Of a stretch of 64,000 bases of DNA, positions 31,174-44,953 are shown one piece after another. Position 1 is the first letter of the stretch; each line of letters opens with the position of its first letter. The stretch comes from an uncultured SAR86 cluster bacterium. Its GTDB lineage: Bacteria > Pseudomonadota > Gammaproteobacteria > Magnimaribacterales > AG-339-G14. The stretch spans positions 66,320 through 130,319 of the forward strand of contig CACHCY010000002.1 in assembly GCA_902578495.1 (NCBI GenBank), read 5' to 3'. The notes under the pieces were generated by a model that saw only the letters and a program-made list of their open reading frames with translations, ran no database searches and had not been told where the DNA came from. The position numbers and the translations under genes were made by a program.

Positions 31174-33066
31174 ATGAAAGCGGACATAATTGTAATAGGC
31201 GGGGGTCACGCGGGCTGTGAAGCAGCTGCGGCTGCAGCTAGGATTGGAGTTAAAACCATCCTGATTACTCATAAATTTGAAACCATTGGTCAAATGTCAT
31301 GTAACCCCGCTATTGGCGGAGTAGGAAAAAGCCACCTTGTAAAAGAGATAGATGCTGCTGATGGAATAATGGCAAGGTGCGCCGACAGGGCCGCCATACA
31401 TCTAAAAGTTTTGAATTCTTCCAAAGGACCGGCCGTCAGAGCTACGCGCGCTCAGGCAGATAGGGGGTTATACAAAAAATCCGTTCAAAAAAAATTAAAG
31501 AATCTAGAAAACCTCGAGATTGTAGAAGGCGAGGTTACTGACTTTGGTATACAAAACAATCAAATCGGTTCGGTTACTGTTGGCGAAAGTAAAATTTTAA
31601 AAGCTCAAAAAGTAATTTTGACAACAGGGACCTTCCTTAATGGAAAGCTTTTCACTGGAATGGATAAAAACGAAGGGGGTAGAGTTGGAGATAACTCCTC
31701 AAAAAAATTAGCAGAAAAATTAAGAAACATTGATTTTTCGGTTGGCAGATTAAAAACAGGAACCCCTCCAAGAATTCATAAAGACTCTATAAATTGGGAA
31801 ATTTTAGAAGAGCAGAAAGGTGACGTCCCTAGACCCACGATCTCTTTTTTAAGCGATCAAAGCATTCACCCCAAGCAAGTGCCATGCTTTATAACCAGAA
31901 CAAACGAAAAAACTCACGAAATTATAATAGGCGACCTTGATAGATCTCCAATGTTCTCAGGAAAGATCGAAGGAGTTGGGCCAAGATACTGCCCATCCAT
32001 AGAAGACAAAATATTCAGATTTAAAGATAAAAAGTCCCATCAAATATTTATAGAACCAGAAGGATTAAATTCTGACTTAATTTATCCAAACGGAATTTCG
32101 ACAAGCCTGCCAAAGGACTGCCAGGAAAAATTTGTTAGATCAATCGAAGGGTTTGAAAGCGCCAAAATAACTCAATATGGATATGCGGTCGAATATGATT
32201 TTTTTGATCCCAGAGAGCTGCATGAAACGCTGGAAACGAGAAAAATAAAAAACCTTTACTTTGCTGGCCAAATCAATGGCACAACCGGGTATGAAGAAGC
32301 TGCAGCCCAAGGGCTTGTAGCCGGTGCAAACGCCGCTCTGTCTTTTTTAGGAAAAGATCCTTGGACGCCAGGCAGAGAAGAGTCTTATTTGGGAGTTTTA
32401 ATCGACGATCTTGTAACTCTTGGAACGAAGGAACCATACAGGATGTTCACTAGCAGATCTGAACATAGATTAATTTTAAGAGAGGACAATGCTGACCAAA
32501 GAATTACGGAAAAAGCTTATAAGGTCGGCTTGGTGTCCGAGAGCAGATATAAGATATTTTCTGAAAAGAAAAATAAAATAATCAAAGAGAAAGACAAGCT
32601 GGCAAAGTTATTTCTCCGGCCTGAGGATGAAAAAATATATAGCAGCCTGAAAATTAAAGAGCCAAAGTCAGCCACCTCTTTTTTAGACTTGCTGAAGAGA
32701 CCAGATCTAGATTTTCAAGATTTAGCCAAAGCATTTTCTATTGAGACCCCAGACAACGATATAGTTTTTGATATCGAAACGAACCAGAGATATTCGGGAT
32801 ACATCAAAAGACAGATGGACGAGATAGAAAAAATGAAGAAAAACAGAAATGCCCACATACCTTCGAATTTTGACTATTCAAATGTAAAAGGCCTGTCAGC
32901 AGAAATTACTCAAAAACTCTCTAAGGTTGAACCCAAAACATTGGCGCAAGCTTGGAGAATTCCTGGAATCACGCCAGCAGCAATATCGGCGCTAATGGTT
33001 TACCTGAAAAGAAACGCAACAGAAACTGCAGATAAAAATGCACGCGGAAGCATCCGAGAATCTTAA
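31174..33066 (+). CDS. mnmG: tRNA uridine 5-carboxymethylaminomethyl modification enzyme MnmG (GidA)
   Basis: FAD-binding N-terminus (VIGGGHAGCEAA), 630 aa, with GidA core motifs (GPRYCPSIEDK, FAGQINGTTGYEEAAAQG). Confidence 0.97.
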   Translation: MKADIIVIGGGHAGCEAAAAAARIGVKTILITHKFETIGQMSCNPAIGGVGKSHLVKEIDAADGIMARCADRAAIHLKVLNSSKGPAVRATRAQADRGLYKKSVQKKLKNLENLEIVEGEVTDFGIQNNQIGSVTVGESKILKAQKVILTTGTFLNGKLFTGMDKNEGGRVGDNSSKKLAEKLRNIDFSVGRLKTGTPPRIHKDSINWEILEEQKGDVPRPTISFLSDQSIHPKQVPCFITRTNEKTHEIIIGDLDRSPMFSGKIEGVGPRYCPSIEDKIFRFKDKKSHQIFIEPEGLNSDLIYPNGISTSLPKDCQEKFVRSIEGFESAKITQYGYAVEYDFFDPRELHETLETRKIKNLYFAGQINGTTGYEEAAAQGLVAGANAALSFLGKDPWTPGREESYLGVLIDDLVTLGTKEPYRMFTSRSEHRLILREDNADQRITEKAYKVGLVSESRYKIFSEKKNKIIKEKDKLAKLFLRPEDEKIYSSLKIKEPKSATSFLDLLKRPDLDFQDLAKAFSIETPDNDIVFDIETNQRYSGYIKRQMDEIEKMKKNRNAHIPSNFDYSNVKGLSAEITQKLSKVEPKTLAQAWRIPGITPAAISALMVYLKRNATETADKNARGSIRES

Positions 33067-33646
33067 GGCTTCGCTGGAAGAAATCTCAAAGCCAGAAAAA
33101 GAAAAGGAGCTAAAAGAGTTTGCCCTCAAGGTTTTTGATTGGAATAAGACAACAAATCTTGTTTCAAAAAATTCCACCCTAGAAAACATATATCATCACA
33201 TCATTGATTCAGCGCATTTATATCCCCACATACAAAATAATTCTTACATTGACGTCGGAAGTGGGGCGGGATTTCCGGGGCTCGTAATTTCTATTCTAGG
33301 AAACAAAGACGGTTGCCTGCTTGAGCCAGCCAACAAAAAAGCATCTTTCTTGAGACATTGTCTTGCACATTTTGGCATTCAAAATACAAAGGTTTTGCAA
33401 AAAAGGCTTGAGCACCTAGATCTCATTAAAGAGGATGTTCTAATTTCCAGAGCATTCGCCGAACCCAAAAAAATCCAAAACTTGGCGCTTAAGAAAATGA
33501 GCGGAGATCAAAAAATTTTACTTATGGTTTCAGAGCAGCAAGCCATCCGTGAAGATAAAAATGACTGGAAGTACATTCCTTCCGCAGCATCAAAAATTTT
33601 AGGAAAAAAAACAGGTTTCTTAGAATTTAACCCACCAAAAAAATGA
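33038..33646 (+). CDS. rsmG: 16S rRNA (guanine527-N7)-methyltransferase RsmG (GidB)
   Basis: DVGSGAGFPGL SAM-binding motif. Follows mnmG. The start is uncertain and overlaps mnmG by 29 nt. Confidence 0.85.
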   Translation: MHAEASENLKASLEEISKPEKEKELKEFALKVFDWNKTTNLVSKNSTLENIYHHIIDSAHLYPHIQNNSYIDVGSGAGFPGLVISILGNKDGCLLEPANKKASFLRHCLAHFGIQNTKVLQKRLEHLDLIKEDVLISRAFAEPKKIQNLALKKMSGDQKILLMVSEQQAIREDKNDWKYIPSAASKILGKKTGFLEFNPPKK

Positions 33647-33658
33647 TAATATACAACC

Positions 33659-34438
33659 TTGATAACTTTAGTTGTAGCTAACCAAAAAGGCGGGGTAGGA
33701 AAAACCACCACAGCGGTAAACTTGGCCGCCTCGCTCGCAGCCACAAAAAGAAAAGTCCTCCTTATAGATATTGATTCCCAGGCCAACGCTACCACCGGAT
33801 CCGGCCACGAGAAAGCAGAAGATAAACTTACCATAATGGATGTTTTGGCCAGAGGCGCATGCATCAAAGAAACCATATTGCCCTGTACAGATTTTGGTTT
33901 TGATTTAGTGCCTTCGTGTCAGGACCTAATTTCAGCCGACATTGAAATGACCACAGTTCCCGCCGCCTCCCTTCAGCTTAAAAACGCACTAAGGTCTCTC
34001 GAAGGCAGTTACGATTACGTGATAATTGATTGCCCCCCGTCGTTGGGCATTCTTACATTGAACGCGCTAAGAGCCAGCTCTAAGCTAATCATTCCCATGC
34101 AGTGTGAATACTATGCAATGGAAGGACTTGTTTCTCTGAACAAAGCCATTAATGATATAAACAGCAAGACCGGAGAAAATATACAAATCAGCGCCATCTT
34201 AAGAACGATGTTCGATCCTAGGGCTAGGCTAACAAGAGAGGTCTCAGAAGAACTGCAAAAATACTTCCCGAATGAGCTTTGCTCAACCGTCATCCCAAGA
34301 AACATAAAGCTGGCGGAAGCCCCCAGCTCCGGCAAACCAGGTCTCTTTTATGATCCAACAGCCAAGGGCACAGTAGCTTATCTTGCACTTGCCGGGGAAG
34401 TTATTTCAAAGTTTGAGAAAGATTCAATGGTTGCATGA
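33659..34438 (+). CDS. parA: chromosome partitioning ATPase ParA/Soj
   Basis: Deviant Walker A (NQKGGVGKTTT). TTG start. Confidence 0.93.
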   Translation: MITLVVANQKGGVGKTTTAVNLAASLAATKRKVLLIDIDSQANATTGSGHEKAEDKLTIMDVLARGACIKETILPCTDFGFDLVPSCQDLISADIEMTTVPAASLQLKNALRSLEGSYDYVIIDCPPSLGILTLNALRASSKLIIPMQCEYYAMEGLVSLNKAINDINSKTGENIQISAILRTMFDPRARLTREVSEELQKYFPNELCSTVIPRNIKLAEAPSSGKPGLFYDPTAKGTVAYLALAGEVISKFEKDSMVA

Positions 34439-35292
34439 GCGAAGATAGAAAAACTTTAAAGAGAGGCCTGGATGCCTTGTTGGGCGACGAGCCCATTTCT
34501 TCCCAGCAAGCACAAAGCCAAGAAATAGCCATAGATAAAATTAGCCCTAGCAGATATCAGGCGAGAGAAAACATAAACCAAGAGTCTCTTGAAGAATTAA
34601 CCGAATCAATTTCCTCGCAAGGAGTCATTCAGCCAATAATAGTTCGAAGAGTGGGGGGAGACGCTTACGAACTCATTGCCGGCGAGAGAAGATGGAGGGC
34701 ATCCAAGCAAGCCGGCCTCACGACCATTCCCGCTATCTTTAAAGATGCATCTGAAGATCAAATTATCAGAATGGGTTTAATTGAAAATCTGCAAAGAGAA
34801 GACTTGAATCCAATGGAAGAGGCGAGAGGTCTTTTAAGGCTTCAAAAGGAATTTAATATCAGTCAGCAAGACGTAGCGTCGGCGGTTGGGAAATCTAGGT
34901 CGGGAGTAGCAAATATTTTAAGGCTAAACAATTTATGCAAAGAGGCTCAAAACCTATTGGAAAGTTCAAGTATTGATATGGGTCACGCACGAGCATTGTT
35001 GACATTGCCAGAAGGTCCGCAAGCCTCCTTCGCAAAACAGGCCGCTAAAAACGGCTGGTCTGTTCGACAAACAGAAAAGGCTGCGCAAGATTATTTGTCA
35101 GGTTCTGGCAAGACGAAAACCCCAAAAAGAAAGGATGCGAACATAAGCGCCTTAGAGGAGGAGATCAGCAACGAACTATCCTCGTCGGTATCAATTCAAC
35201 ATAAAAAAAACGGGTCAGGCAAAATAATTTTTAGTTACAGAGATCTCGATCAGCTAGATAAGATAATTGGTCCTTTTCGCAAGAAAAATTAG
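34435..35292 (+). CDS. parB: chromosome partitioning protein ParB/Spo0J
   Basis: ParB box (GVIQPIIVR, ELIAGERRWRA) and an HTH region. Confidence 0.93.
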   Translation: MSEDRKTLKRGLDALLGDEPISSQQAQSQEIAIDKISPSRYQARENINQESLEELTESISSQGVIQPIIVRRVGGDAYELIAGERRWRASKQAGLTTIPAIFKDASEDQIIRMGLIENLQREDLNPMEEARGLLRLQKEFNISQQDVASAVGKSRSGVANILRLNNLCKEAQNLLESSSIDMGHARALLTLPEGPQASFAKQAAKNGWSVRQTEKAAQDYLSGSGKTKTPKRKDANISALEEEISNELSSSVSIQHKKNGSGKIIFSYRDLDQLDKIIGPFRKKN

Positions 35293-35326
35293 ACACTCTT
35301 ATAACGAAAAAAAAACCTTTATAGCC

Positions 35327-35356
35327 TTGAGTTTATTAGCTCCAGACAACTATAAT
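35327..35356 (+). promoter_or_regulatory. candidate sigma70-type promoter of the atp operon
   Basis: TTGAGT (35327-35332), an 18-nt spacer, then TATAAT (35351-35356), 18 nt upstream of the atpB ATG. Confidence 0.4.
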
Positions 35357-35373
35357 GCATTGCCTTAAAAGAC

Positions 35374-36255
35374 ATGGCTAAAGAAGCAGCAAACAATCTA
35401 GTCGAAACCTCTGATTACATAGGTCACCACCTTGTAAATTTAACTTTCGGTTGGTGTGAAAAAACATCTTCCTGGGGCTTCGCTCATCACCAACAAGATC
35501 TTTCAAAAAGCCTGGACTCAGCCTGTGAAGTATCCGAGATGGGTTTTTGGGCATTTCACATGGACACAATATTTATGTCGGTTTTTTTGGGCGTTTTGGT
35601 CTTTGGTTTCTTTGGGCTCATCAACAGATCTGCCAAAAAAGGAACCCCAGGCAAACTGCAAAACTTTGTTGAATTTGTCCACGAATTTATCGGTAGCGCG
35701 GTGTCTTCTGGGTATCACGGAACTTCAAAAATAGTAGCCCCGCTTGCATTTGCAAGCTGTTTGTGGATCTTGTCATGGAACTTAATGGACTTGTTGCCCG
35801 TGGAAATGGCTAACTTTTTTGGGCAGGCTGGAAGCGGAATAAACTACTTTAAGATATTACCTACCGCCGATCTGAATGCACCTCTGGCTTTGGCTGCAGT
35901 CGTAATGGTGCTTGTTACTTATTTCAGCATAAACACTCATGGCTTGGGCGGCTTTCTAAAAGAATTATTTATTGTTCCCTTGGGGCCTCTAGAATTTATT
36001 AGCTTTGTGTCTAAGCATGTCGCTTTAGCGCTAAGACTTTACGGCAACCTGTTTGCTGGTGAGATGATTTTCATTTTGATTGCCATTATGTTTGGGCAGT
36101 TCTTTATGTCATTTTCTCAAACACTTTGGTTTTTGCCTGGCTTGATTATGAATCTAGCCTGGGCACTATTTCACATTTTAATTGTCGCGTTGCAGGCGTA
36201 TATCTTCATGATGCTTACAATTGCTTATTTAAACTTGGCTAGCACAAAACACTAG
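35374..36255 (+). CDS. atpB: F0F1 ATP synthase subunit a
   Basis: YIGHHL N-terminus and the LALRLYGNLFAGE motif with the essential Arg. Confidence 0.95.
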   Translation: MAKEAANNLVETSDYIGHHLVNLTFGWCEKTSSWGFAHHQQDLSKSLDSACEVSEMGFWAFHMDTIFMSVFLGVLVFGFFGLINRSAKKGTPGKLQNFVEFVHEFIGSAVSSGYHGTSKIVAPLAFASCLWILSWNLMDLLPVEMANFFGQAGSGINYFKILPTADLNAPLALAAVVMVLVTYFSINTHGLGGFLKELFIVPLGPLEFISFVSKHVALALRLYGNLFAGEMIFILIAIMFGQFFMSFSQTLWFLPGLIMNLAWALFHILIVALQAYIFMMLTIAYLNLASTKH

Positions 36256-36276
36256 CCACAACTTTAGGAGACGGAT

Positions 36277-36498
36277 ATGGAAGAATTAAGATTAGTAGCA
36301 GGAGCCTTGCTTACTGGTTTGGGCGCCTTGGGAGGAGGGGTCGGAATTGGAACTCTTACCTCGAAGTACATAGAGGCAGTCGCCAGACAGCCAGAGCTTC
36401 AAGGACAGCTTTTTGCTCAAGTATTAATTGCTCTAGGTTTAACAGATGCGCTGCCAATTATTTCTTTGGCGGTAGGATTATTATTCTTGTTCACGTAA
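36277..36498 (+). CDS. atpE: F0F1 ATP synthase subunit c
   Basis: 73-aa hairpin with an ARQPE loop and a carboxylate-bearing second helix (LGLTDALPII). Confidence 0.95.
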   Translation: MEELRLVAGALLTGLGALGGGVGIGTLTSKYIEAVARQPELQGQLFAQVLIALGLTDALPIISLAVGLLFLFT

Positions 36499-36501
36499 AG
36501 C

Positions 36502-36972
36502 ATGAATATAAACGCCACTTTTTTTGCAGAACTCATAGCTTTTTGCATGTTTGTATTTATTACTTATAGATACATATGGCCAAGTATGGCAAGCGTTCTT
36601 GAAGAAAGAAGAAAAGAAATTGATGAAGGCCTTCAAGCTGCAAGCGAATCCAAAAGGCAGCTAGAGGAGGCGAAAGAGGAATCTAGCAGAGTCATAGATG
36701 CCGCAAAATCTGAGGCTTCAACTTTAGTTAATCAGGCCGGCTCAAGAGCCGATCAATTAATAGATGAAGCAAAAGATCAGGCTACTGAGGAAGCAAAAAA
36801 AATTAAAGAAACTGCTGAGTCTGATATTGCACAAAGCACCAACAAAGCTAAAGAAACACTCAAGGAAGAGCTATCAGTTTTGGTCGTCGCTGGAGCTTCC
36901 AAAATTTTAAATAAAGAGATTGACGAAAGCGCTAACAAAGAAATAGTTGATCAACTTATTAAAGAATTATGA
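36502..36972 (+). CDS. atpF: F0F1 ATP synthase subunit b
   Basis: N-terminal TM helix plus a long charged helix. Operon position. Confidence 0.9.
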   Translation: MNINATFFAELIAFCMFVFITYRYIWPSMASVLEERRKEIDEGLQAASESKRQLEEAKEESSRVIDAAKSEASTLVNQAGSRADQLIDEAKDQATEEAKKIKETAESDIAQSTNKAKETLKEELSVLVVAGASKILNKEIDESANKEIVDQLIKEL

Positions 36973-37505
36973 CAAGTCAATCGGTTATAGCCAGACCTTA
37001 TGCAGAAGCAGCCTTTAGTGTTGCGAAACAAGATAACTCAATTGAGGAATGGTCATCCGATTTACATAAAATAAAAGCAGCTTGCACTAACCAAAAAATA
37101 ACTAATTTGTTGCTCAATCCTGACCTGTCTTATTCAGATAAAACAAAAATATTTTTGGATCTTTTTGAAGGCGAGATATCAGACAAAGCATCCTCTTTCG
37201 TTAGGGTTTGCGGAGATAATAAGAGATTAAAAAATCTTCCCGAGATTATAAACTTCTTTAACGACCTGGCCCTTGAGAGCCTTAACAAAAAAAATGTTTC
37301 TGTCTCTTCGCCTTTCCAGCTAGAAGAAAAACAAATTAAAGAGATCACCTCAGCTCTTGAAAAAAGACTCGATTCTGAGGTTGTTATAGATTTTGACATA
37401 GACAAGTCATTAATTGGCGGATTAAAGATCGCCTACGAAGACCAGGTCCTTGATATGTCTATCAAAAGAAAACTAGACCTGCTTCAAACACAATTAAGAA
37501 ACTAA
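36969..37505 (+). CDS. atpH: F0F1 ATP synthase subunit delta
   Basis: [10 protein letters not shown]-terminus. Operon position. Confidence 0.9.
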   Translation: MTSQSVIARPYAEAAFSVAKQDNSIEEWSSDLHKIKAACTNQKITNLLLNPDLSYSDKTKIFLDLFEGEISDKASSFVRVCGDNKRLKNLPEIINFFNDLALESLNKKNVSVSSPFQLEEKQIKEITSALEKRLDSEVVIDFDIDKSLIGGLKIAYEDQVLDMSIKRKLDLLQTQLRN

Positions 37506-37516
37506 AAAGGAGAACC

Positions 37517-39061
37517 ATGGATAATTTAAACCCCTCAGAAATAAGCGAAATTATAAAGGGAAGAATTGATTCCTTAGAAACTTCAACCACAGAATCCAAC
37601 GAGGGAACGATCGTATTTCTTTCAGACGGCATCGCGAGGGTGCATGGATTAAGCGATGCAATGTACGGAGAGCTTATAGAGTTTGAAGGCGGCGTTTCTG
37701 GAATGGCGCTTAATTTAGAAAGAGACTCTGTTGGTGTGGTGATTTTTGGAGACTACAAACAACTTGCCGAAGGTGGAGTGGCCAAGTGCACAGGTAAGAT
37801 TTTAGAGGTTCCCGTTGGGCCAGAGCTTGTCGGAAGAGTAGTAGATGCTCTTGGAAACCCAATCGATGGTAAGGGCCCAATCAAAACTAAATTAACTTCC
37901 CCGGTTGAGAAAGTTGCTCCCGGGGTAATGACAAGAAAGCCGGTTGACGAGCCTGTGCAGATTGGACTTAAGGCGGTAGATAGCATGGTGCCAATCGGAA
38001 GAGGACAAAGAGAATTGATTATTGGCGACCGACAAACGGGCAAGACAGCAATCGCCTTAGACGCAATAATCAATCAAAAAGGAACAGGCGTTACTTGTGT
38101 GTACGTAGCCGTTGGGCAAAAACAATCTTCCATTGCGGCAGTGGTGAGAAAACTTGAAGAATACGGAGCTATGGAGCATACAATTATTGTTGCAGCAGCA
38201 GCAGCGGATCCTGCCCCAATGCAATTTCTTGCGCCTTACTCAGGTTGTTCTATGGGCGAATATTTCAGAGATAAAGGGGAGGACGCGCTTATCATTTATG
38301 ACGACCTTTCCAAGCAAGCTGTAGCCTATCGTCAAATATCACTTTTACTGAGAAGGCCGCCGGGAAGAGAAGCTTATCCGGGCGATATTTTTTACCTCCA
38401 CTCAAGACTTCTTGAAAGAGGTTGCAGGGTGAACGAAGATTATGTTGAAGAGCAAACCGAAGGCAAAGTTAAAGGCAAAACAGGGTCTTTGACCGCTCTG
38501 CCAATTATTGAAACTCAGGCTGGAGACGTTTCAGCTTTCGTTCCTACGAACGTTATTTCAATTACAGACGGTCAGATCTTCCTAGAAACTTCCTATTTCA
38601 ACAAAGGTCTATTACCAGCCATGAATCCAGGTATTTCTGTCTCGAGGGTGGGTGGAGCCGCTCAAACTCCGTTAATTAAAAAATTAGGTGGAGGAGTGAG
38701 AATCGCTCTTGCTCAGTTCAGAGAGCTGGAAGCTTTTGCACAATTTGCATCAGATTTGGATGACGCGTCTAGAGAGCAGCTTGAGCTTGGTCAGAAGGTA
38801 ACAGAATTGATGAAGCAAAAACAATATTCACCTATGTCGGTTTCAGAGATGGGGCTTGTTCTTTTTGCTGTAGATAAAGGTTATTTAAAAGATGTGGAGC
38901 TCAATAAAATTGCAGATTTTGAATCAGCATTGATTTCTTATATGAATTCGGAGCACAAAGATTTCATGGATAATTTAGCAGAGAGCGGCGAACATTCAGA
39001 TGAAATCCTTGCAACCTTCACAGAAGCTCTCGATAAATTTAAAGCAACACAAACTTGGTAG
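37517..39061 (+). CDS. atpA: F0F1 ATP synthase subunit alpha
   Basis: Walker A (GDRQTGKT) and conserved alpha-subunit sequence throughout. Confidence 0.98.
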   Translation: MDNLNPSEISEIIKGRIDSLETSTTESNEGTIVFLSDGIARVHGLSDAMYGELIEFEGGVSGMALNLERDSVGVVIFGDYKQLAEGGVAKCTGKILEVPVGPELVGRVVDALGNPIDGKGPIKTKLTSPVEKVAPGVMTRKPVDEPVQIGLKAVDSMVPIGRGQRELIIGDRQTGKTAIALDAIINQKGTGVTCVYVAVGQKQSSIAAVVRKLEEYGAMEHTIIVAAAAADPAPMQFLAPYSGCSMGEYFRDKGEDALIIYDDLSKQAVAYRQISLLLRRPPGREAYPGDIFYLHSRLLERGCRVNEDYVEEQTEGKVKGKTGSLTALPIIETQAGDVSAFVPTNVISITDGQIFLETSYFNKGLLPAMNPGISVSRVGGAAQTPLIKKLGGGVRIALAQFRELEAFAQFASDLDDASREQLELGQKVTELMKQKQYSPMSVSEMGLVLFAVDKGYLKDVELNKIADFESALISYMNSEHKDFMDNLAESGEHSDEILATFTEALDKFKATQTW

Positions 39062-39067
39062 CACTGA

Positions 39068-41735
<2,668 letters not shown>

Positions 41736-41777
41736 TTAAATAGGCACTTTAAAGTCAGCTTAGTTGCTCAACCGCCC

Positions 41778-43127
41778 ATGAATTTAGATATTGTTATATT
41801 GGCAGCAGGAAAAGGCACCCGCATGGGAAGCTCTTTACCTAAAGTTTTAGCAGGCCTTGCTGGAAGGCCAATGCTGGAGCATGTCTTGGATTCAGTGTCA
41901 CAATTAAAGAAAACCAAACTGCATGTTGTCGTAGGACACGAAGCGCAACTGGTAAGAAAAACTTTTTCTGGCAATAAGAAAATAAACTGGATTAAGCAGA
42001 CAAAACAATTGGGTACAGGGCATGCAGTAAAACAAGCCGCAAAACATATTCGATCAAATTCAAACGTAGTTATTTTGTATGGCGACGTTCCCCTTATCTC
42101 CGATAGCACAATTTCCAAACTAGCCAAGCTGGCTTCTAAAGGACCGTCTCTGCTTACTTTCAATAAAGAAAATCCAACTGGTTACGGAAGAATAGTAAGA
42201 GGCTCTAGAAATAAGATAGAAGCAATAATTGAAGAAAAAGATGCTTCACCATCCCAGAAGGAAATTACTGAAGTTAATTCTGGAATTATGGCCTTAAAAG
42301 CTAAAGATCTCATTCGCCTGTTAGGAAAAATCAGAAATAATAACAAAGCCAAAGAGTTTTATCTGACCGATACGGTTTACGAAGCGCATCTCGAAAAATT
42401 GAATATTCAGTCATTGAGGCTGTCTGATGCAGATGAAGTTTTAGGTTGTAATACCCTAGAGGAGCTTCAAACATTAGAAAAGGCTTATCACATTTCCACT
42501 GCAAAAAAATTTCTCAACAAAGGAGTTTCTTTTGCAGATATAACAAAAGTTAAATTTAGAGGAAACATCTCAATAGCAAAAGGCGCTTTTATAGATGAGA
42601 ATGTAATTTTTGAAGGCGTTGTTTCTATTGGAGCTAATACAAAAATTGGCCCAGGATGTATTGTCTCTAACTCAACCATCGGCAAAAACTCTGAACTTCT
42701 CGCCTATTCCTATGTCGAAGAATCTATGCTTGAAAGTAATACTAAAGCCGGACCATTTGCTCATGTTGGCGTCCAAACGAAAATGGAAGAAGGAGCAGAG
42801 ATTGGAAATTTTGTAGAAACAAAAAGAAGCAATATTGGAATTAATTCAAAGGCAAAACATCTAGCTTACATTGGCGATGGCAGGATTGGAAAAGGCGTAA
42901 ACATTGGTGCCGGCACCATCTTCTGCAACTACGATGGCGTTAAAAAGCACATCACTAAAATTGAAGATAATGCTTTCATAGGATCTAACTCGGCTCTTGT
43001 AGCTCCCTTGACCATTGGTTCAAAATCCTATGTTGGTTCTGGGTCGGTTGTCACAAAAAATGTCGGCAAAGGTCAATTAGCAATTGCCCGAGGTAGACAA
43101 AAAAATATGCCCAACAGGAAAAAATAA
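41778..43127 (+). CDS. glmU: bifunctional UDP-N-acetylglucosamine pyrophosphorylase / glucosamine-1-phosphate N-acetyltransferase
   Basis: ILAAGKGTRM N-terminus and a C-terminal left-handed beta-helix of hexapeptide repeats. Confidence 0.95.
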   Translation: MNLDIVILAAGKGTRMGSSLPKVLAGLAGRPMLEHVLDSVSQLKKTKLHVVVGHEAQLVRKTFSGNKKINWIKQTKQLGTGHAVKQAAKHIRSNSNVVILYGDVPLISDSTISKLAKLASKGPSLLTFNKENPTGYGRIVRGSRNKIEAIIEEKDASPSQKEITEVNSGIMALKAKDLIRLLGKIRNNNKAKEFYLTDTVYEAHLEKLNIQSLRLSDADEVLGCNTLEELQTLEKAYHISTAKKFLNKGVSFADITKVKFRGNISIAKGAFIDENVIFEGVVSIGANTKIGPGCIVSNSTIGKNSELLAYSYVEESMLESNTKAGPFAHVGVQTKMEEGAEIGNFVETKRSNIGINSKAKHLAYIGDGRIGKGVNIGAGTIFCNYDGVKKHITKIEDNAFIGSNSALVAPLTIGSKSYVGSGSVVTKNVGKGQLAIARGRQKNMPNRKK

Positions 43128-44953
43128 TGTGCGGAATTATTGCAGCATCGACTGAAAGAAGTATCGGCAAGCTTTTAATTCAAGGGCTTTATAAGATGGA
43201 ATACCGAGGTTATGACTCTGCCGGTATTGCTATGCACACTGAAAGCAAAGTTGCCCATTTAAGAGCGCTTGGAAAAGTAAAGCTTCTTGAAGATTTAATG
43301 ATTAATGAAAAGCCTAAGGGAAAAGTTGGTATAGCGCATACACGCTGGGCAACTCATGGAGAACCTTCAGAAATTAATGCTCACCCACATCAGTCAAATG
43401 AAAGGATATTTATCGTCCATAACGGCATCATTGAAAATTACCTAGAACTTAAAGATGAGTTGTCTGACAATGGTTACACTTTCGCATCTAAAACTGATTC
43501 AGAATTGATAGCGCATCTTCTTGATAGCCATCTCGAGGAAGGCGCTTCTTTGCTTGATGCAATGATGAAACTTAAAGATAATCTTGAAGGAGCTTATGCA
43601 ATTGCAGCGCTTGATCATAACGATCCAAACACTTTGGTTCTTGCCCGTCATCGATCGCCCTTATTAATAGGTTTGGGTGAAGATGAAAACTTTGCTGCCT
43701 CAGACCCATTAGCACTTGCCGACCTTACGAATAAATTTTTAATTCTTGAAGACGGCGATGTTGCCAAGATTAGTCCAAGCAACGTGGAAGTCTTTGATAA
43801 AAAGAACAAATCCTGTAAAAGAGATATTCAAATAATTGATATCAAAAGCGAAGCTGCGTCAAAGGGTGAATACAAGCATTTCATGGAAAAAGAAATCTAT
43901 GAACAGCCTAATGCGATTTTAAACACGTTAGATGGAAGAGTTGGTGGCGACGATATTTTAGAAAATATCTTTGGCGAAGGTTCGTCTGACCTTTTTGCTA
44001 AAGTTAAACGGATTCAGATAACTGCTTGTGGAACAAGCTTGCATGCGGGTAGGGTTGCAGCTAATTGGTTTTCAGCAATTGCAGGCCTGCCAACTCAAAT
44101 AGATTTTGCCAGTGAATATCGCTATAAAAATCCCTACGTCGACAAAAATACTCTTTTAGTTACCATTTCTCAGTCAGGCGAAACCGCCGACACTTTGGCT
44201 GCTTTAAGGTATGCAAAAGATAAGAATTATCTTGCTTCTTTGGCAATCTGCAATGTGCCAACAAGCTCTCTGGCCAGAGAGTCTGATTTTTTGCTTTTAA
44301 CTAATGCGGGACCAGAAATTGGCGTGGCTTCAACAAAAGCTTTTTCCACACAGCTGGTAGCTCTTATGATATTGACTCTTTCGCTTGCAAAGGCAACCAG
44401 CACTAATCCAAAGCTAAGATCTAGAGTGATACAAGCAATGCGATCATTGCCAGACATCATAATGAAAACACTGGAGCTTAAAGATGAAATTATTGATATC
44501 GCTCCAGAAATCGCGCAGCAAGATAACGCTTTATTTTTAGGGCGGGGGATGTTTTATCCCATAGCAATGGAAGGCGCACTTAAGCTTAAAGAAATATCTT
44601 ACATTCATGCGGAAGCCTATCCAGCAGGAGAGTTAAAACATGGTCCTCTAGCCCTCATTGACGAACATATGCCGGTTATTGCTATAGCGCCCGAACACGA
44701 ATTAGCTGAGAAATTGGCATCAAACTTAGAGGAGGTAAAGGCAAGAGGCGGCGCATTGTATGTGTTCGGTAATGCCAAAGAAAAACTATCTCTTGAAAAG
44801 GGAAGATACATCAACATGCCAGAGTGTGATTTTTTACTCACGCCAATTTTATATACAATCCCTCTGCAAATTTTATCCTACGAAGTTGCACTTATCAGAG
44901 GAACTGATATTGATCAGCCAAGGAATTTAGCAAAATCCGTAACCGTTGAATGA
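43127..44953 (+). CDS. glmS: glutamine--fructose-6-phosphate aminotransferase
   Basis: MCGI N-terminal nucleophile, two SIS domains and C-terminal KSVTVE. Confidence 0.97.
   Translation: MCGIIAASTERSIGKLLIQGLYKMEYRGYDSAGIAMHTESKVAHLRALGKVKLLEDLMINEKPKGKVGIAHTRWATHGEPSEINAHPHQSNERIFIVHNGIIENYLELKDELSDNGYTFASKTDSELIAHLLDSHLEEGASLLDAMMKLKDNLEGAYAIAALDHNDPNTLVLARHRSPLLIGLGEDENFAASDPLALADLTNKFLILEDGDVAKISPSNVEVFDKKNKSCKRDIQIIDIKSEAASKGEYKHFMEKEIYEQPNAILNTLDGRVGGDDILENIFGEGSSDLFAKVKRIQITACGTSLHAGRVAANWFSAIAGLPTQIDFASEYRYKNPYVDKNTLLVTISQSGETADTLAALRYAKDKNYLASLAICNVPTSSLARESDFLLLTNAGPEIGVASTKAFSTQLVALMILTLSLAKATSTNPKLRSRVIQAMRSLPDIIMKTLELKDEIIDIAPEIAQQDNALFLGRGMFYPIAMEGALKLKEISYIHAEAYPAGELKHGPLALIDEHMPVIAIAPEHELAEKLASNLEEVKARGGALYVFGNAKEKLSLEKGRYINMPECDFLLTPILYTIPLQILSYEVALIRGTDIDQPRNLAKSVTVE

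Noticed and set aside
33508-33876. 122-aa minus-strand ORF spanning the rsmG/parA junction
   Set aside because: It is antisense to two conserved genes with clear motifs. This region has relatively high GC, where long shadow ORFs are expected.
41768-42163. 131-aa minus-strand ORF at the glmU 5' end
   Set aside because: It lies entirely antisense to the strongly supported glmU and has a Cys/Ser/Thr-rich, non-family-like composition.
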